From positions 124,001-185,481 of the forward strand of contig KZ537978.1 in NCBI GenBank assembly GCA_000934665.2: a stretch of 61,481 bases of DNA, read 5' to 3'. Position 1 is the stretch's first letter. Each line of letters starts with the position of its first letter. This DNA is from Catajapyx aquilonaris (lineage: Eukaryota). This document shows, one piece after another, positions 27,201 through 40,488 of this stretch. A program made the position numbers and the translations under genes. The notes beneath the pieces were generated by a model, which did no database searches, was not told the DNA's origin, and saw nothing but the letters and a program-made list of their open reading frames with translations.

Positions 27201-30200
27201 AAAGAGAGAGCCACCAGCTGTTGCTTTATTTAAATTTCATTGAAGCACTTCACGTTAAATGTAGACTAAATTTTACATGATACTGCTGGAAGCGTCTGGT
27301 AAAGTAAACTGTAAACGGATTCTTAAAAAAAACTTTGCACGAATACTACCTCTTTAAGTCTGACAGAAATCCCTTTACTATACAGAAAATGAAGCTTAAT
27401 CTTACTGTACAAACCACATGAAGTTGACTTTGAGTCGTCTGTTCATGATATAAGGCAGACCTAATCGAGATCACCTATCACAATGTGACGCTATCAATCC
27501 GATCTTGAAACTCCTATTCATACCAACCTGTAAGGCACAAGAGGTACATTGCCTACAGTGCAGCAAACAGTGTATAATTACAGTATACCCCCACAAAGAT
27601 CTCCGGCATAGTACACCAGAGAAACGAACTTGGCAGCCCAAGTTGTGCGGGTTTTATTTGGTGTCTCCCATTGAAGCTTCCAGTTAAATTATTACAAAGT
27701 CTGTCAGTCTTGTTTAAGAAACATCGGCGCGTGAAATGCAAGTTGCAAACCGCGCGTCACATACCAGTGTAGCTTTTGAAATAGCCGTAAAAGGGCACTT
27801 CATGAAATGCTCTTCCCTCCATCAAACAAAGGGGGCTTTTTACATGTAACCCGTCAAACACTATTTTGTTCCCAACCAGTGTTGTTCTGGCGTTGGTGGA
27901 AAATGGAAGCTCTGGCTTGGATTTCGGTGCGGGTCCCTCCCTCCCTTCAATAATAATGTGTGCATACGAGGCCCAGACAATGGATCACTTAGGGGACATT
28001 ACATGCGGTTGCAACGCACAACGTACGGCCCATCTAGTTGACGCTGAATTCTGGCCAAACATGTCCCGGTAAGTGTAGCTTACACTCACATGTTGATGTT
28101 GGGGTTGCATCGTTCCCGGCATTCAGAAGCACAAAACATGTCATTAGGATGATGGCGTTTTCAAGAATGTATGGGATCAAACGCAAACACGCGGTTATGG
28201 ATGTGGTTAGGGGATGTGTGTAAGGTGTTAGAGATGTACTGCACAGTACCTCAGGAGTTTGTAACATCACTCCTCCTCTTCACCACAATGTACTTGTATG
28301 TAATGATGTGATGGGAGTTCTGAAACTCGAGTTTCCTGGTTGTAAAAATATGCCGATCATGTGCAAAACCCTTAGCAGGAGACTTATAGGCCTAATGCCC
28401 ACTTTGGGCCACTTTTTTAAAATGTAGAGAAATTGAAAAATGTAAAAATATAATTATTATTCTCACTCCTGCTGATGCCCAGCAATGTCACGTGAAACCA
28501 TACGATTCAGTTCGCATATTCTGCTCTATAGGTGATTGATTTGCTCCACTGCACTGCACTACAAATAATTTCGCGTTTACCCAATATATCGTGAACTATA
28601 TTGGCATTTCTATTCAATACGTAACAAGGAGCGGCCTTGCTGTAATGCATATTGCATATTTGAATAATCCATGATCAATCCACCCACGAAATGCATCATT
28701 CGATAAGTTATTATTGAACAATCATTATTTTGTCGTCTATGTTATGTAATAAAAATATATTAGAGTGAAAGCTGAAAATAGCGCGACAACACCGTTCCGC
28801 AAACTTTTTCTGTAATGAACTTTTCCGTTAATCCAGGTTGGTCCCTAATTATGTAATCTCTTCAGATTTGAGTGACTATGAATATTGGTTACCCTGCAGT
28901 ACACACCTACATTGATGCTAACCATGAGTAAATGAGGAAACGAAGAAAAAAAACACAATAATTATGTAACTCTCCATATGAGGCTCTTATTATTATTCTC
29001 TTATTATGTTAATACTGTATTAGCAGCAGCTGTACAGCACAACAATTGGCATGACCCTGTATGTAAAATGCCTTTGAAAGTATGTAATTCACAAAAATTC
29101 CCCAGATGCAAGCTACCTGCACCATTATTTGGAATCTGAATAGACAAACAAGTTCCATCACTGTACTGTACAGTTGCGCACAATTCCCTCAAAACAGTGC
29201 ATGTTCCGAAAATAATATCCCTGTTATGCATGGTAACAAGTACTGGTATTGACTCTACCTAGCAGCTCCCAAAAGAATAATTTTTAAAAACAAATATCTG
29301 TTTAACAATTGAAACGTGTTTTACCAGCAGTTCTTTGTGAGACATGTTTCCACATTATCGGTGTCCAATAATTGTGGCCGCCAGTGTCACAAAAGCAGCC
29401 ATCTCCCAGCCATAAATATGATCCACTGCCCATTACCAAGTAGCGAATTCGCCCTTTTTGTGTGACGCGGCTTCCTTCCTAAATAACACCGTCCAGTTAA
29501 TTGCCGACAGAAGTGTGACGGGCAAAAAAGTGGCGCGAAAAGATTGCTCCTTCCTCTTCCTTAAAAAGCGAGGTCTATTGCAAAAGGGGGTCGGTTTTCC
29601 ACTGCCAAGAGTTTTATCGCAGCCCTCGACAAGAATTACCGCTCATCTCAGAAGCTACTCATGGTCTGAGCCAAGACAAAGAAGATCCCTTTGGTGGAAA
29701 AGAGACGCCCTTTCCCTCCTCCTTCCCCCTAAACAATGTTCATTTCATACATTAATTCCCTCCGCGGCAAGATAAAATGGGAGAGGCGTAAGGGAGCCAG
29801 GGAGGACCCCCAAAAAAAACCTTAAAAAAAATGGAAAACGAGATTGCAGCAGGAGTTGGGAGATGGCTCTGCTGCTGACAACCCTACACACATTTCGCCC
29901 TCTCCTTAAAGCCCTCCCGAAACTTGCTTGAGTCCAAATGCAAGTGCGGAATTAGACTGTCAACTCACCTCCTTATTATTCCCTTCTTCCTCCAAGATTC
30001 CTTTTTTTTTTTGTTCCTCTTGAGAAGCGGGTGGTAGTCAGGAAATGAGTTCACGCCCACATTTAGGGTCGGCTTCGGAAGCCAGTCGGAGAAACATGGC
30101 TGCTGCCTCCAGATCCCCTACTGACTATCCAGGCTAGATCTGGGGTCCCGATTACTCCACTTCTTTCGGCTCTACGTGGGTGACATGGCTCAAGAAAACT

Positions 30201-33200
30201 GGGCGTTGGGACATGTGAGCTGGGTTCGGATGCCCTTCTTTTTTTTCCCGAAGAGTTTCTTCCTACAACCGACGCTTGTGGGGACTTTTATAGCCTGCCG
30301 ATACACGGTGGGGAAAATCCAATCTTTCCAAGCCTAATTCCTATGTGAATGTGATTAAAAAGGGTGGTTTTATGAACTGCAATCCCCATGGTCTGAGGGG
30401 TCGAATGTAAGCACCTTCCGCTGCTAATTGGGGGGGATTAGTCCGCACTTAGAACCGAACTGAGCCCCGTTCCTTCGAACAATAATCACATTTAGGATCT
30501 GGACTAAGCCAGCTGCGCCATGTTCCCATATTTTAGTCCCAATATCACTTTCTATTACTGTTCCCATCCAATAGATTTAACCCAGGTCCTTTTCTCAGGG
30601 TATGTATGTGCAAGTGACCGGCAACATGCCCCGAACCTGCTCTTCTGGCCCCTTCGACTCCTGGAGAAGAACAAAGTTTCCGCAAGATAAGCAAGTCAGG
30701 GAGTTGGTTTAGCGGATTTAGTCCGGGCAAAGCAGGAAAGCTTTTGGCTAGGCCTCGACAGCAAGTAGGGGTTGCGAAGAGGATTATTCAGTAGCAGTGA
30801 ATGCATCGGATAATTTATGGGACTGGTTGTCACATGGTGACCAACCAACTTGAATGAGACGTACAGAGAACTGAGGCCTGCGGGCTGCTCCTGAGCACTG
30901 CACACGAGTCGATAGTACAAAAGAAAAGGCTATGGGCCTCATTTGACTTGCATAAAACAATACTAGAGCGCGCTTTTAATGCCTTGGCCCCGGAACTCTA
31001 TCGTTAATCAATTAACGCTCCATACCCCCCCAACTTTTAATCGCTTTTATGGTAATTTTATTAGGGGAACTGTTAGACCCCTTTGAGTGGCATTGATATG
31101 AAAGCGAGAGGAGATAAATACGTGAGATTAATTAAAGTTCGGGTTTGGATTAATACATTGTAATTATTCTCTTTGGCAGAGCAGCTGTCAAACTGCAGTG
31201 TTGGAAAGACATGCCTTAGCAATATAAACTAATGTAAATGTAACTGATGCCAACTGGAGATTACGGTTGTCCGCTTGGAGAAGATGGTTGTCCGCCATGT
31301 AATATATCAGCCGAGTGATGATTATAGTCTTGGTAGCAGGGCCGGTTGCCTTGGTAATTTACAGCAGTCTGTCGCGGCGTGAGTCTGGAACATGCGTTTA
31401 ATCCAATAGTATCCAGATGCTGTTTAGCGACACATATAACCCCTGGCTCTGGCTGACAGGGCGTTTCCACACAATGATTTCGGTTGGAGTCGCGGGAGTG
31501 ACCTGCTCGTGTTTTCCAGTCGCCCGTGCCCTTTGCGGGGATCGTGGATTACATTTTCCGCTCTAGCTCCAGCAGCTGGAAGCGAGTCCCCCCAAGCTTT
31601 TTGAGGCACTTTTTTGTGTGTATATAATTTCACCCTCACCTCAATTTTACTTGGTGAAAGGCTGAGAAATATTGCACTTGCAGTATTTGATGCATGTCGA
31701 TACTAGAAAACTGCCTGGAAGTTGTTAATAATCACAAAATCCCGCGGGCTAGCGTCTTTTAGAAAATATTTAGCTCCGCATCCATGCACTTTCCTTCCCC
31801 GAGGCACTTTGCTCAAGTTTACGAAACTGCGATGGCTATAGATTCTGCAAAATTAAAACCGCTTCAGGCACAGCCCATCATCATACCACCTGCGCATGTC
31901 TTTCTGCGCACCCACGCCACCGATAGAGGCCGTTTTTACCAATTTTTCTCCCTCAATTTTTTTCCCAAAATTTCACGGACCAGCTGGCCACATACATAAG
32001 TTGAGGAACGTACCACGTAGATTTGTAGCCCCCCAAAAAAACTCTGTAGCCAACTCCCCGTTGCATAATTGACGGCCGCTCCGGCTCCTCTTTTCACTCC
32101 AGCAGTTTGCTATCACTTTGTCCCTGGTTAGGTCGGACGGAAGTCTGCAAAATGCTCGGCGTCAATCAAGGACTTGCTCGGATGGGCTCCGTCAGCCCCC
32201 TGAAATTAATTACTGAAACCGTACTACTGTGCGCTGGTAACGAAAGATTACACTGTTTGGAATGTCAAGCTATAGCAAGGCTTTAAAATCTTCAAGCGTC
32301 TCCCTGCATCTGTGGTTTCATAGTCGTTGCTATTACAGTCGACGAGTGTCATGATAGATAATGGGGTGGTGTATATTGGGTCGTATCTTGAAACGCTGGT
32401 TTTTGGAGTAAATTCATCATGGGTTGTCGATCCCATCCGGGGGTGATATGGAGAGAGATCTCTATATAATGAAATGCGTGGGCAAACCACCGAGGATGAA
32501 ACGTGACCCGAGGAGTTGAGCACAGATTATTAGGGTTCAGCTTGAAATATTTCATGCAGGTGAGGCTTAGGTGAAATGGCAACATTTAATATTTTGTGTT
32601 GATTATCCCCCACCCTCAAAGCGGGGCTTGAATTATTTCTCCACCTGAAATTGCTGTTTCACTCTAATCGTTTTGGTCCTAAACTACCAACAATGTATAC
32701 ATTACAAGCCATAGCTCCAGAATGCTATTGATCGTCACCACGTAATTTTTTACGGTTGCATGATGCGTTATTACACCAGCCAATACTTCTAGTTATCAGA
32801 TCCTCAACAGCACGCTTGCTTATAAGGATACCAGTATATTCAACCAAACATTTTGTATGCGGCCATACCCAGTCACGGAGCAATATCCTGACTACGAATT
32901 CATATTCTTGACAAGCATGTCGTTCCAGAGCAGTATTGCATGTCGGATCTATACTTAACAAAAAGTTTATCTTCTTGTATTGTTTGACAATATATTTGCG
33001 ACATATACAAGGTCTAGAATTATTTTAACCTTTTTCTCACTACCTGCTTTAAAAGTCGAAATTCGAGCACGTGCCCAGTCTGAACCTACACAACTACGAC
33101 TGTAAAAAAAAAGTTATAACGCGGCTACTTCGTCGCAATTTTTACGTTATCACAGTTGACAACTTGACGTGCGCTTTGCTTAATTCATGCTCCTCATTTC

Positions 33201-34982
33201 AGGGGTATGGGGGGGGAGGGAGCCAAACTTCACTCATTTATCACCTCATGACACACTTATTCACGCGGCGATAAAAATAACCGTTAAAAGCGCCCTCTAA
33301 ATAAAAATGCTGGCATAGGTTAGAGACTAAACACACGCAAAAAAAAAAAAAAACTAGCGGTGCACTTGTAATTCTGGTCTCACGTGGGCAGCGCGGCAGC
33401 TTGACAGATTGTCCGGAGAGTGTCGGTAATTGAACACAATGTTTCTGAGGGGAGAGAGGGCTAGGGATAGACACAAAAAAGAGTATCACAACCTTATGGC
33501 GGCCATGGTTGCTAGACCTACATTCTGGCCGCTTTTCCCCTTCTGGCCATTCAACATTTTCTCCCTTCTTTCTCAGCTAATAATAGCTGGTCATAATAAT
33601 CTAATGAAGACAGAATGATACCAGGGGGGTGGAAGAATATATATAAAAAAGGTGTTGTCTCAATTCCAGCTGCTGGTTTCGTGTTTACAGGTTCGCACTG
33701 AAAGCTACGGTTTAATCTACTGGTTTTTTATATTTAAAAAACTACTTACTTTACTATTCTTAATTGGTTTGTGGCTCACGTTCGATACGCCCGTAAATGG
33801 ACTTTTTTTACTAGGAGTAATAAGCTTATTCAGTCTCTTCGCGTGCAATGAACCTGGCACTGTATTAGAGGTACCAATTTTGTTTTGGGTGATCATAGGT
33901 GTGGGTTAAGTGAATTATCATCTTGTGATGCCCTGTACTTTTGTATGCCACAGGCTGATTATTTGGATAATACAATAAAATCTGTTTCCTTCCTGAGCAT
34001 TTTGTTGTTGTACAGTATCCGACAAAAATTACGTTAAGTTTAACTCCGGGAGGTTCTAAGAAAAAAATGTTGTAATGAACGTTTACGCTGTATCCGTTAT
34101 AGACATTGCATATGGGAAGCGGGGAAGCACTGCCCATGACGAGCGGCTAATTAGTGACGTTTGTTGTTATGGGAAGAATCAGGGTCTGATTAATGCCAGG
34201 TAAAGAGAGATCATGTGCATGTATGATTTACTGCGCCCGCTGAGAGCAAAGTATTTTGGCAAAAAAAAAATGACAAAAATGCCAGATGGAAAAGGCCAAT
34301 CTGGAATCGCGCGGTGGATAATCGGGGTGATGTTTGCCAGTTCGCGGTTTTCAACTTCTATCGGCCCAAACTGACGTTCGCAACGGTGCACTACTATCAT
34401 TTTAATTATTCTGCCGTAAAACAACGCTGCAGTACCAGAACTGCACAATTTCAAACCCAGCCAAAATCATGTTCTTGACAACCATTATTTACTACGCCGC
34501 AGATTACAATCATTAAAAGTCGGAATCAATCTCCGCTTTCTTATCAACCCAGCTGAACGCTGAATTGTTCCAGGAAATAACGTCCTTATCCTGCCAACCA
34601 GCTGAGCCCCCTCGACCGTTTTTGACATGACACTATTGTGCCCACCACCATGTGCCAGAAACTCGCTACATTTTGGAAGGCACGAACAATGCAATCCCAT
34701 TCCCAAACACAGGAAACGTTATACAATCAATAATAATTCCACGTGCTCACCCAGTCTGCAATAGTCAAACAGAACTTACCCTGTGGGCGCATGGCCTCTA
34801 CATGTGTTGCTGACAAATGTGACCTAACCGAACAACGTGCTTGGTTACAAAGCGTGCATACAACCAAACGTTTCTTACCTGCGTTCCCCCCGGTGTGTGG
34901 CAGAAGGCGGACCACCAGCGACGAAAGAGTGGAATGGACTCTTGGCCTTCGTACAGGGTTGGATGGCTGGGGCTGTGGATGG

Positions 34983-35010
34983 CTTCCTTCCTTCCTTCCT
35001 TCCTTCCTTC
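34983..35010. repeat. (CTTC)n microsatellite
   Basis: Tetranucleotide run read directly. Confidence 0.95.
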
Positions 35011-35153
35011 TGGCCAGGACTGGTGCTGCCCTCCACTAGCTGCCAGCCCTGGACGAACTGAGGCCCGGTGCTTGTCTGCCAGGCCTTCCCTTGTGCTCCT
35101 CTCCCAAAAACTTGGTTGCCTTGCGCCGTGCCCAACACCCCCCCCCCCCCCCC

Positions 35154-35198
35154 NNNNNNNNNNNNNNNNNNNNNNNNNNNNNNNNNNNNNNNNNNNNN
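35154..35198. other. Assembly gap (45 N) following a poly-C run
   Basis: Run of n. Confidence 1.
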
Positions 35199-36163
35199 CC
35201 GTGAACAACATGCCAGACCTGGAAATAATTTGCAGCGCTTGTGCCAGCCAGCCAGCCAACAGGGTGTGGGGGAAGGGAGGGTGTCATCTGTTCTGTAAGG
35301 GTAGGCTACGGTTACTACGTACGGTACATGGCTGATCTGGCTAGGGTGGGGAGGTGGAAAGGGGGTTACGTGTTGTGTACCAACAATGCTGGGATAATGG
35401 GGTTATGTAGTTTGGAGCACTCGGGGGCACATGAGCGTGAAGCGAAAAATGTGCGAGTTGCTGTATATTTTGCATATTTAGGCAGCGTGGTGCATGTGCA
35501 GCAGTGGACTGCTAACTGTCCATCAGTGCAGCCACTTCTTTTACAACTTGGGTACGGGTTTCATGCGCATTACTGGTGTGGAACAATGTTATGTTTATAC
35601 TTTGGTCGAAATGGGTGGCCATTCGATTTATTCCCTGCAAATACCACCGTGCCAAACAATAGACGGACGGTATGCTCTTGCCGCAGTATTTAGTTGCGTT
35701 CATTAAGTTAACTGGATTAAAAGCGGGGAGGGAGTGCTGGTTTAACCGCACTTTAGTTGAACAGTTGGTGTCATTCAGTTTAGAAAGGGGACACATCGCT
35801 ATTTATTGGGTGTAATTTATGGTGTCAACCGGTTTGACATATACGTCATCGAAGGGTACGTGGTTATTTGTATTGCACTGCGAGCCGAAACCTTCTTCAG
35901 GGAACTTGTCTCTGAACCGTGTCATTATACTGTATGTTTATCAAACGAGCAAACTAGCTGCTGAGAGCATACAACAAATTTTTATTAGGCCTACTTGACA
36001 TAACTTGCCGAGAATACCATATGTAAGGTACGCATACTAGTATTTCAAATACTCGCTAATGCTGGAATTAGGGCGTTTTAGGGGTGCTAACCAGTCGCGG
36101 GAAAGCGTGCTATTCAATGCTGATCACAAGAATGGTTTTTAAATTCGCTGTTTAAATCAAATA

Positions 36164-36453
36164 ACACTGTTCTACAAAATAACACTTTATTTTCTATTTT
36201 CCGATGATTTGAATAGTGATTCCTAATGTACTTTCTGCGCTGAATCCGAATATCTGCTCAGAAAGTTTTTGTCAGGCACAGTTTTCGATATATACTGCAT
36301 TTACTAATTACATTATTAGTAAATGCAGTATATCTCAAAGACTGTGCCTAGCAGCACAATGCCAAATGCAGATTTGTAATCAGGGCGAAAAGTACTATAA
36401 GAATCACTATTCACATCTTCGGAAAGAGCAAAGAGTTTCTTGTAGAAGAGTGA
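36164..36453. mobile_element. Fold-back MITE (old, probably Tc1/mariner-related)
   Basis: Central near-perfect inversion TACTGCATTTACTAAT-tacatt-ATTAGTAAATGCAGTA. Outer inverted blocks AGGCACAGT/ACTGTGCCT, GAATAGTGATTC/GAATCACTATTC and CACTGTTCTACAA/TTGTAGAAGAGTG. Confidence 0.8.
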
Positions 36454-36882
36454 AATTAACGGTTTATCTGCAAAACATATCTATTATTTTCTGGAGAACC
36501 ATGCATGATCCAGGCCTCAAACTTAACATACTGAACCTTATGTCGGTCACAACAACTAGTGTCACCAATATGACTGATGTAACGCAAATACATCACTATC
36601 ACAATTCTTGGACATGTGACTGAGCAAGTGGCCGATGTATGCTGTAAAAATATATTTTTACATTTGAGAGGAAAACGAATTCCATAGGCGCATTTTCCTG
36701 GCGTTTCTCTTTCTTTTGATATATATGTTCATTGGGTTTTGTCCACTTTCACTAACCGAAAAAATTCTCCGAAAAAAGCCTCATTTTCATCCATTTCCAG
36801 ATTTTTGCGATTTTTTCCCCTCATCGTGGTATTGCGAAATATGGCTGAAACTTCATAAGCAGCATTAAGGAATAGTTGCATA

Positions 36883-37016
36883 CTATCGGGTTCAAATACT
36901 TTTGGCCACTTTATCCTGGTCTTGAAGCACAGACCCCACGTTAAGGAAGTGTGTGTGTGTGTGAAGGGTTGCCTCAAGACCAGGATAAAGTGGCCAAAAG
37001 TATTTGAACCCAATAG
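36883..37016. mobile_element. Tc1/mariner-type MITE (134 bp), 47-bp TIRs, TA TSD
   Basis: CTATCGGGTTCAAATACTTTTGGCCACTTTATCCTGGTCTTGAAGCA differs from the rc of the right arm at 2 positions. TA at 36881-36882 and 37017-37018. The spacer holds a short (GT)n run. Confidence 0.9.
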
Positions 37017-37119
37017 TACTGTACATATGCGATTATTTTCACCAAGATCCTAGACTGTCTAGCAACATAAGGCCCACTTGATTCGGAAAGTCCCCTATTA
37101 TATAAACCGTTCCAAACTT

Positions 37120-37247
37120 TAAAACGATATATCTCAAAAACTGTGCCTCACAGCACAATTCTAATTACAGATTTGGAATCAGCGGCGAAAATATTTCTTG
37201 AAACACACATCATAACCCGAGAAAATCTTTCCTTGTCGAACAGTGTA
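37120..37247. mobile_element. Additional right arm of the 36164-36453 MITE family
   Basis: TATATCTCAAAAACTGTGCCT.ACAGCACAAT...CAGATTTGGAATCAGCGGCGAAAA...CTTGTCGAACAGTG-TA is a diverged direct copy of ~36328-36453 and ends in TA. Confidence 0.7.
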
Positions 37248-38404
37248 ATCAATCAATTAGGCCTACCGTATTAGTTGTATATACTCGTACAATATGAATC
37301 TACATGTATTTCATGAAAATCCCTCCTTTAACTTTTGGAAGGTACTCTATCTACAGCTTTTACCAACATGATTCTCACTCTGAATACGACCGTACATACA
37401 CTTTTAATACGTATACTGTAAACCTAACATACAGTGTGACATTTTGTTACGTTTATAAGTTAGGCATTTGGGCTGTAATGCATTTACATTGTTACTGCTG
37501 GGGTTTTCAACATTTGCAAATTTTAAAGGCAATTACAAGCCTGCTTGACCATCATTGTCGCTCTAACCTAAAAGAGTAATAAGCCTGCGTCAAAGTTTCA
37601 GCTCAACCCACCCAGTTTATAGCACTGCATTCTGTGTGTAAAAAAAGTTTCTGCCAAATGTATCCTGGCTCCCTACAACCATCCGCACTCCAGTTTTTTC
37701 CTCGGTTGACTTCACCTTGGGCAAATGTTCTCAAGCAAGTTATACAGAAACATTCATAAAGTTAAAATAAGATATTCAGTATGCAAATATAATATAAACC
37801 ACGAACTGTTCATTTATAGGCATAATAAACCTTATATATACAACAGGGTTAGTAGCCCATGTCGAATTGCCGACATTTGAAAGTCTCGCCGTAGTGCACA
37901 TCGAGGAAAAATACATTTGCATAAATGTTATGGCTCTATGTATAGTTACGACTCATGAGTCATGACTAGCAGTTTTAAAAACAACACGACAAGTATAAAG
38001 TAGCTTACTCTTAATAATTATAATCTTTCATTTTTTGTGCCTTTTTGGGGGTTAGATGGGTTAGAGGGAGGGAGGGAGGGAAGGGGCGAGGGCCCTACGA
38101 TAGGATGCATTCTGTGCTATCGGGTTGATCTTATAGATTAATATACGGTGGCAATTTTATTCAATTTTGTATGTTGAAGTACAGTATAACTTGTGTGTAG
38201 CATTTCAATCAGACTACTGCTCCGTACAATATATGAAAACACTCCTTGCTCTTTTTCGCCGCGATTTTTCGACTATTCGCAGATATGATAATAGACCTTA
38301 ACGTCCAACACTGTACAGAAATCCATCGCCATACGATGAATATTATATAAAGGTACGTATTTTTTATTTAATATACATTGACTTACTCCTTATTGTAACT
38401 TTGT

Positions 38405-38766
38405 GGGGAGGTGTGGTGGCCGTGATGGTAACGTCACGGCTTGCTGAGTGAAAGGCCCCAGGGTCGATCCCCGCCTGGGGAACTTTCCTTTCACCTGCGT
38501 CAGGAGGGTCTCTGACCTGCACCAAGGAGGTGTCTGGCAATCCTAACCTCCTGGGGAACAGCACATGACCCATTAGCTACGACATTGCACCTTGCACCCA
38601 TGTTCCCTCCCCAAAAATCCCTATCCTTTCCCATTGTCCCTGTTTCCTTGCACCGGTGAATGAAGTGAAAATATATACAGAAAACTGATGGTGGTATGCC
38701 ACCCCCCTATAGCTCCCATAAGGGACATCACGGGGTAAAATAAATAAAATAAATAAATAAATAAAT
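38405..38766 (+). mobile_element. tRNA-derived SINE, family A
   Basis: Head GGGGAGGTGTGGTGGCCGTGATGGTAACG (A-box-like) and GGGTCGATCCC (B-box-like); ends ATCACGGGGTA plus a (TAAA)n tail. Near-identical 5' half to the copy at 56576-56928. Possible TSD TAACTTTGT/TATCTTTGT. Confidence 0.92.
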
Positions 38767-39071
38767 ATCTTTGTCACGTGTTAGAGTCCGGAGTAAGAGG
38801 TTTCGAGACATTTCCAGGTTTGGTGGGCTAACATATGAATGCCAAATCGACTCAGTAATATGACAGTGGCTCGTTTTCATCAGCATGACCCTATACGACA
38901 TACATATTGAAACCTTTTTTGCGAGGCGCCAGGGAAGCATCTCGAATGAACAGGGGATTTTCCATATCCTATATTCTGCACCGATCTGCTGCTAGACGCT
39001 ACTCGGCTCGATTTTTGATTTTATAAGCCATTCAGTGTTTCTCATATCATATTACAAAATAATTATCATGC

Positions 39072-39426
39072 GGGGAAGGTGCGGTGGCCGAGATGGTAAC
39101 GTCTCGGCTTGCTGTGCGAAAGGTCCCGGGTTCTAATCCCCGCCCGGCTGCGTCAGTGGGTCTCTGGCCCGCGCCTATAAGGAGGCGTCTTGGCAACCGG
39201 CCTCCTGGGGGACTGCACACGACCCGTTTCCGACATTGCACTTGCACCTGTGTCCCCTCCCCAAAACCCTAACCCTCACCCCATTTCCTATAGTAGGTAT
39301 TCCTTGCACCGGAGAACTAAGTAAAAATTAACAGAAAACTGATGGTGGTGTGCCAACCCCTATAACGACTAAAAAGTTGTATCACGGGGTAAAATAAATA
39401 ATAAATAAATAAAAATAAAATAAAAT
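39072..39426 (+). mobile_element. tRNA-derived SINE, family A, with 16-bp TSD
   Basis: Head GGGGAAGGTGCGGTGGCCGAGATGGTAACG and GGTTCTAATCCC; same body anchors; A-rich tail. Exact AAAATAATTATCATGC at 39056-39071 and 39427-39442. Confidence 0.93.
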
Positions 39427-40488
39427 AAAATAATTATCATGCTGCGCAAAGCCATTGGCGTTTTTGCTCCGGGTAGACACTGCTGGCCTTGCACGACTTT
39501 TCGAGGAGATTGAATTGAAAATCGGAAAATCGCTAATGCTCCACAAGTCGCACTGTACAGATTCACCCTGTAATAATAAAAATAAAAAAGCAAGGTAGCA
39601 TTTAGGGAAGCATACCTACCAGCTACGTACAGCCTACCTATTTATCAAAGTCCAAATTATCTCGGTTAAGAATACGCGGAGGCCAAATGACACCTCGACA
39701 TACAGTGCGTGATATTCTGGTTCTCAGGAGTTCACTTAAAGAATATGTCTGAACCATTATGGAACACGTTGTAACCTGTAAGTTATAGCATATCTGTAAT
39801 TTAGAAGCTCAGCCTTTAAGCGGCATTAAGCATCCACTCGGAAGTGTGTCTCTTGTGAATTATTGTCATAAATTGTCTTAAATCCGATTATATAGGAAGC
39901 ATTAGGTTTCCAAAACAGTACCGCTTTCAATGAGCAAGCTGGAATTTGCCATCGCATTTCTGGCCGAAGAGGGGTGGAAAAAAAGGGACAGGTAAAACCA
40001 TTTGAATCAGGATTTTGCAAATGAGTTTACATACGGTTTAATTTGTAAGGACTTTACTAACCTGCAGATCAAATAGCAACTCTCTGCAGGCAGAGCCATT
40101 TAGCGCACTGCCTGGAAGGGAAATTGGCGCGAGATCTGCCTGGCGCAGCAGGTGATGATAACGATAGCAAGAGCGCTATAGAGGAGAGAAAAGAAGGAAG
40201 GGCATGCGGATTTCCCTCAATCCCATCCTCCCCCGTATTCCTTTCCTTCCATCGACCAAACTCATCTCAGTCAGTGCCTAGTAAGTGAATCTGTGAATGA
40301 GAGAATAATTGCAGCAGACCAACTATTGTTACAGGCGATTATCGGCTGCATAACCATTGGCAAGAGGGCTTTTAACTTTGATACACAGTTTGTTTTAGAC
40401 GTCGAAAATATTAGTTGTTATTAGTATTAAAGTGGAAGAGACCCATATTTTTGAATCACTCTGCTGGGGAAGGTCTGGCTTGGAGAAT

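Noticed and set aside
29361..29387. Tc1-like terminal sequence GTGTCCAATAATTGTGGCCGCCAGTGT (similar lone ends near 8345, 21703, 39560 and 43725)
   Set aside because: No partner TIR was found, so element boundaries cannot be supported.
38405..38480. SINE heads (also 39072, 43952, 56928, 18459) as genuine tRNA genes
   Set aside because: They lack a convincing full cloverleaf and run on into shared SINE bodies, tails and TSDs.
38680..38706. GAAAACTGATGG as a hammerhead ribozyme core in the SINE
   Set aside because: The core needs CUGANGA followed by stem II and GAAA. Here it reads CTGATGG and no GAAA follows the hairpin.
39261..39281. CCCTAACCCTCACCC as interstitial telomeric repeat
   Set aside because: Only one or two units, lying inside a variable C-rich SINE linker.
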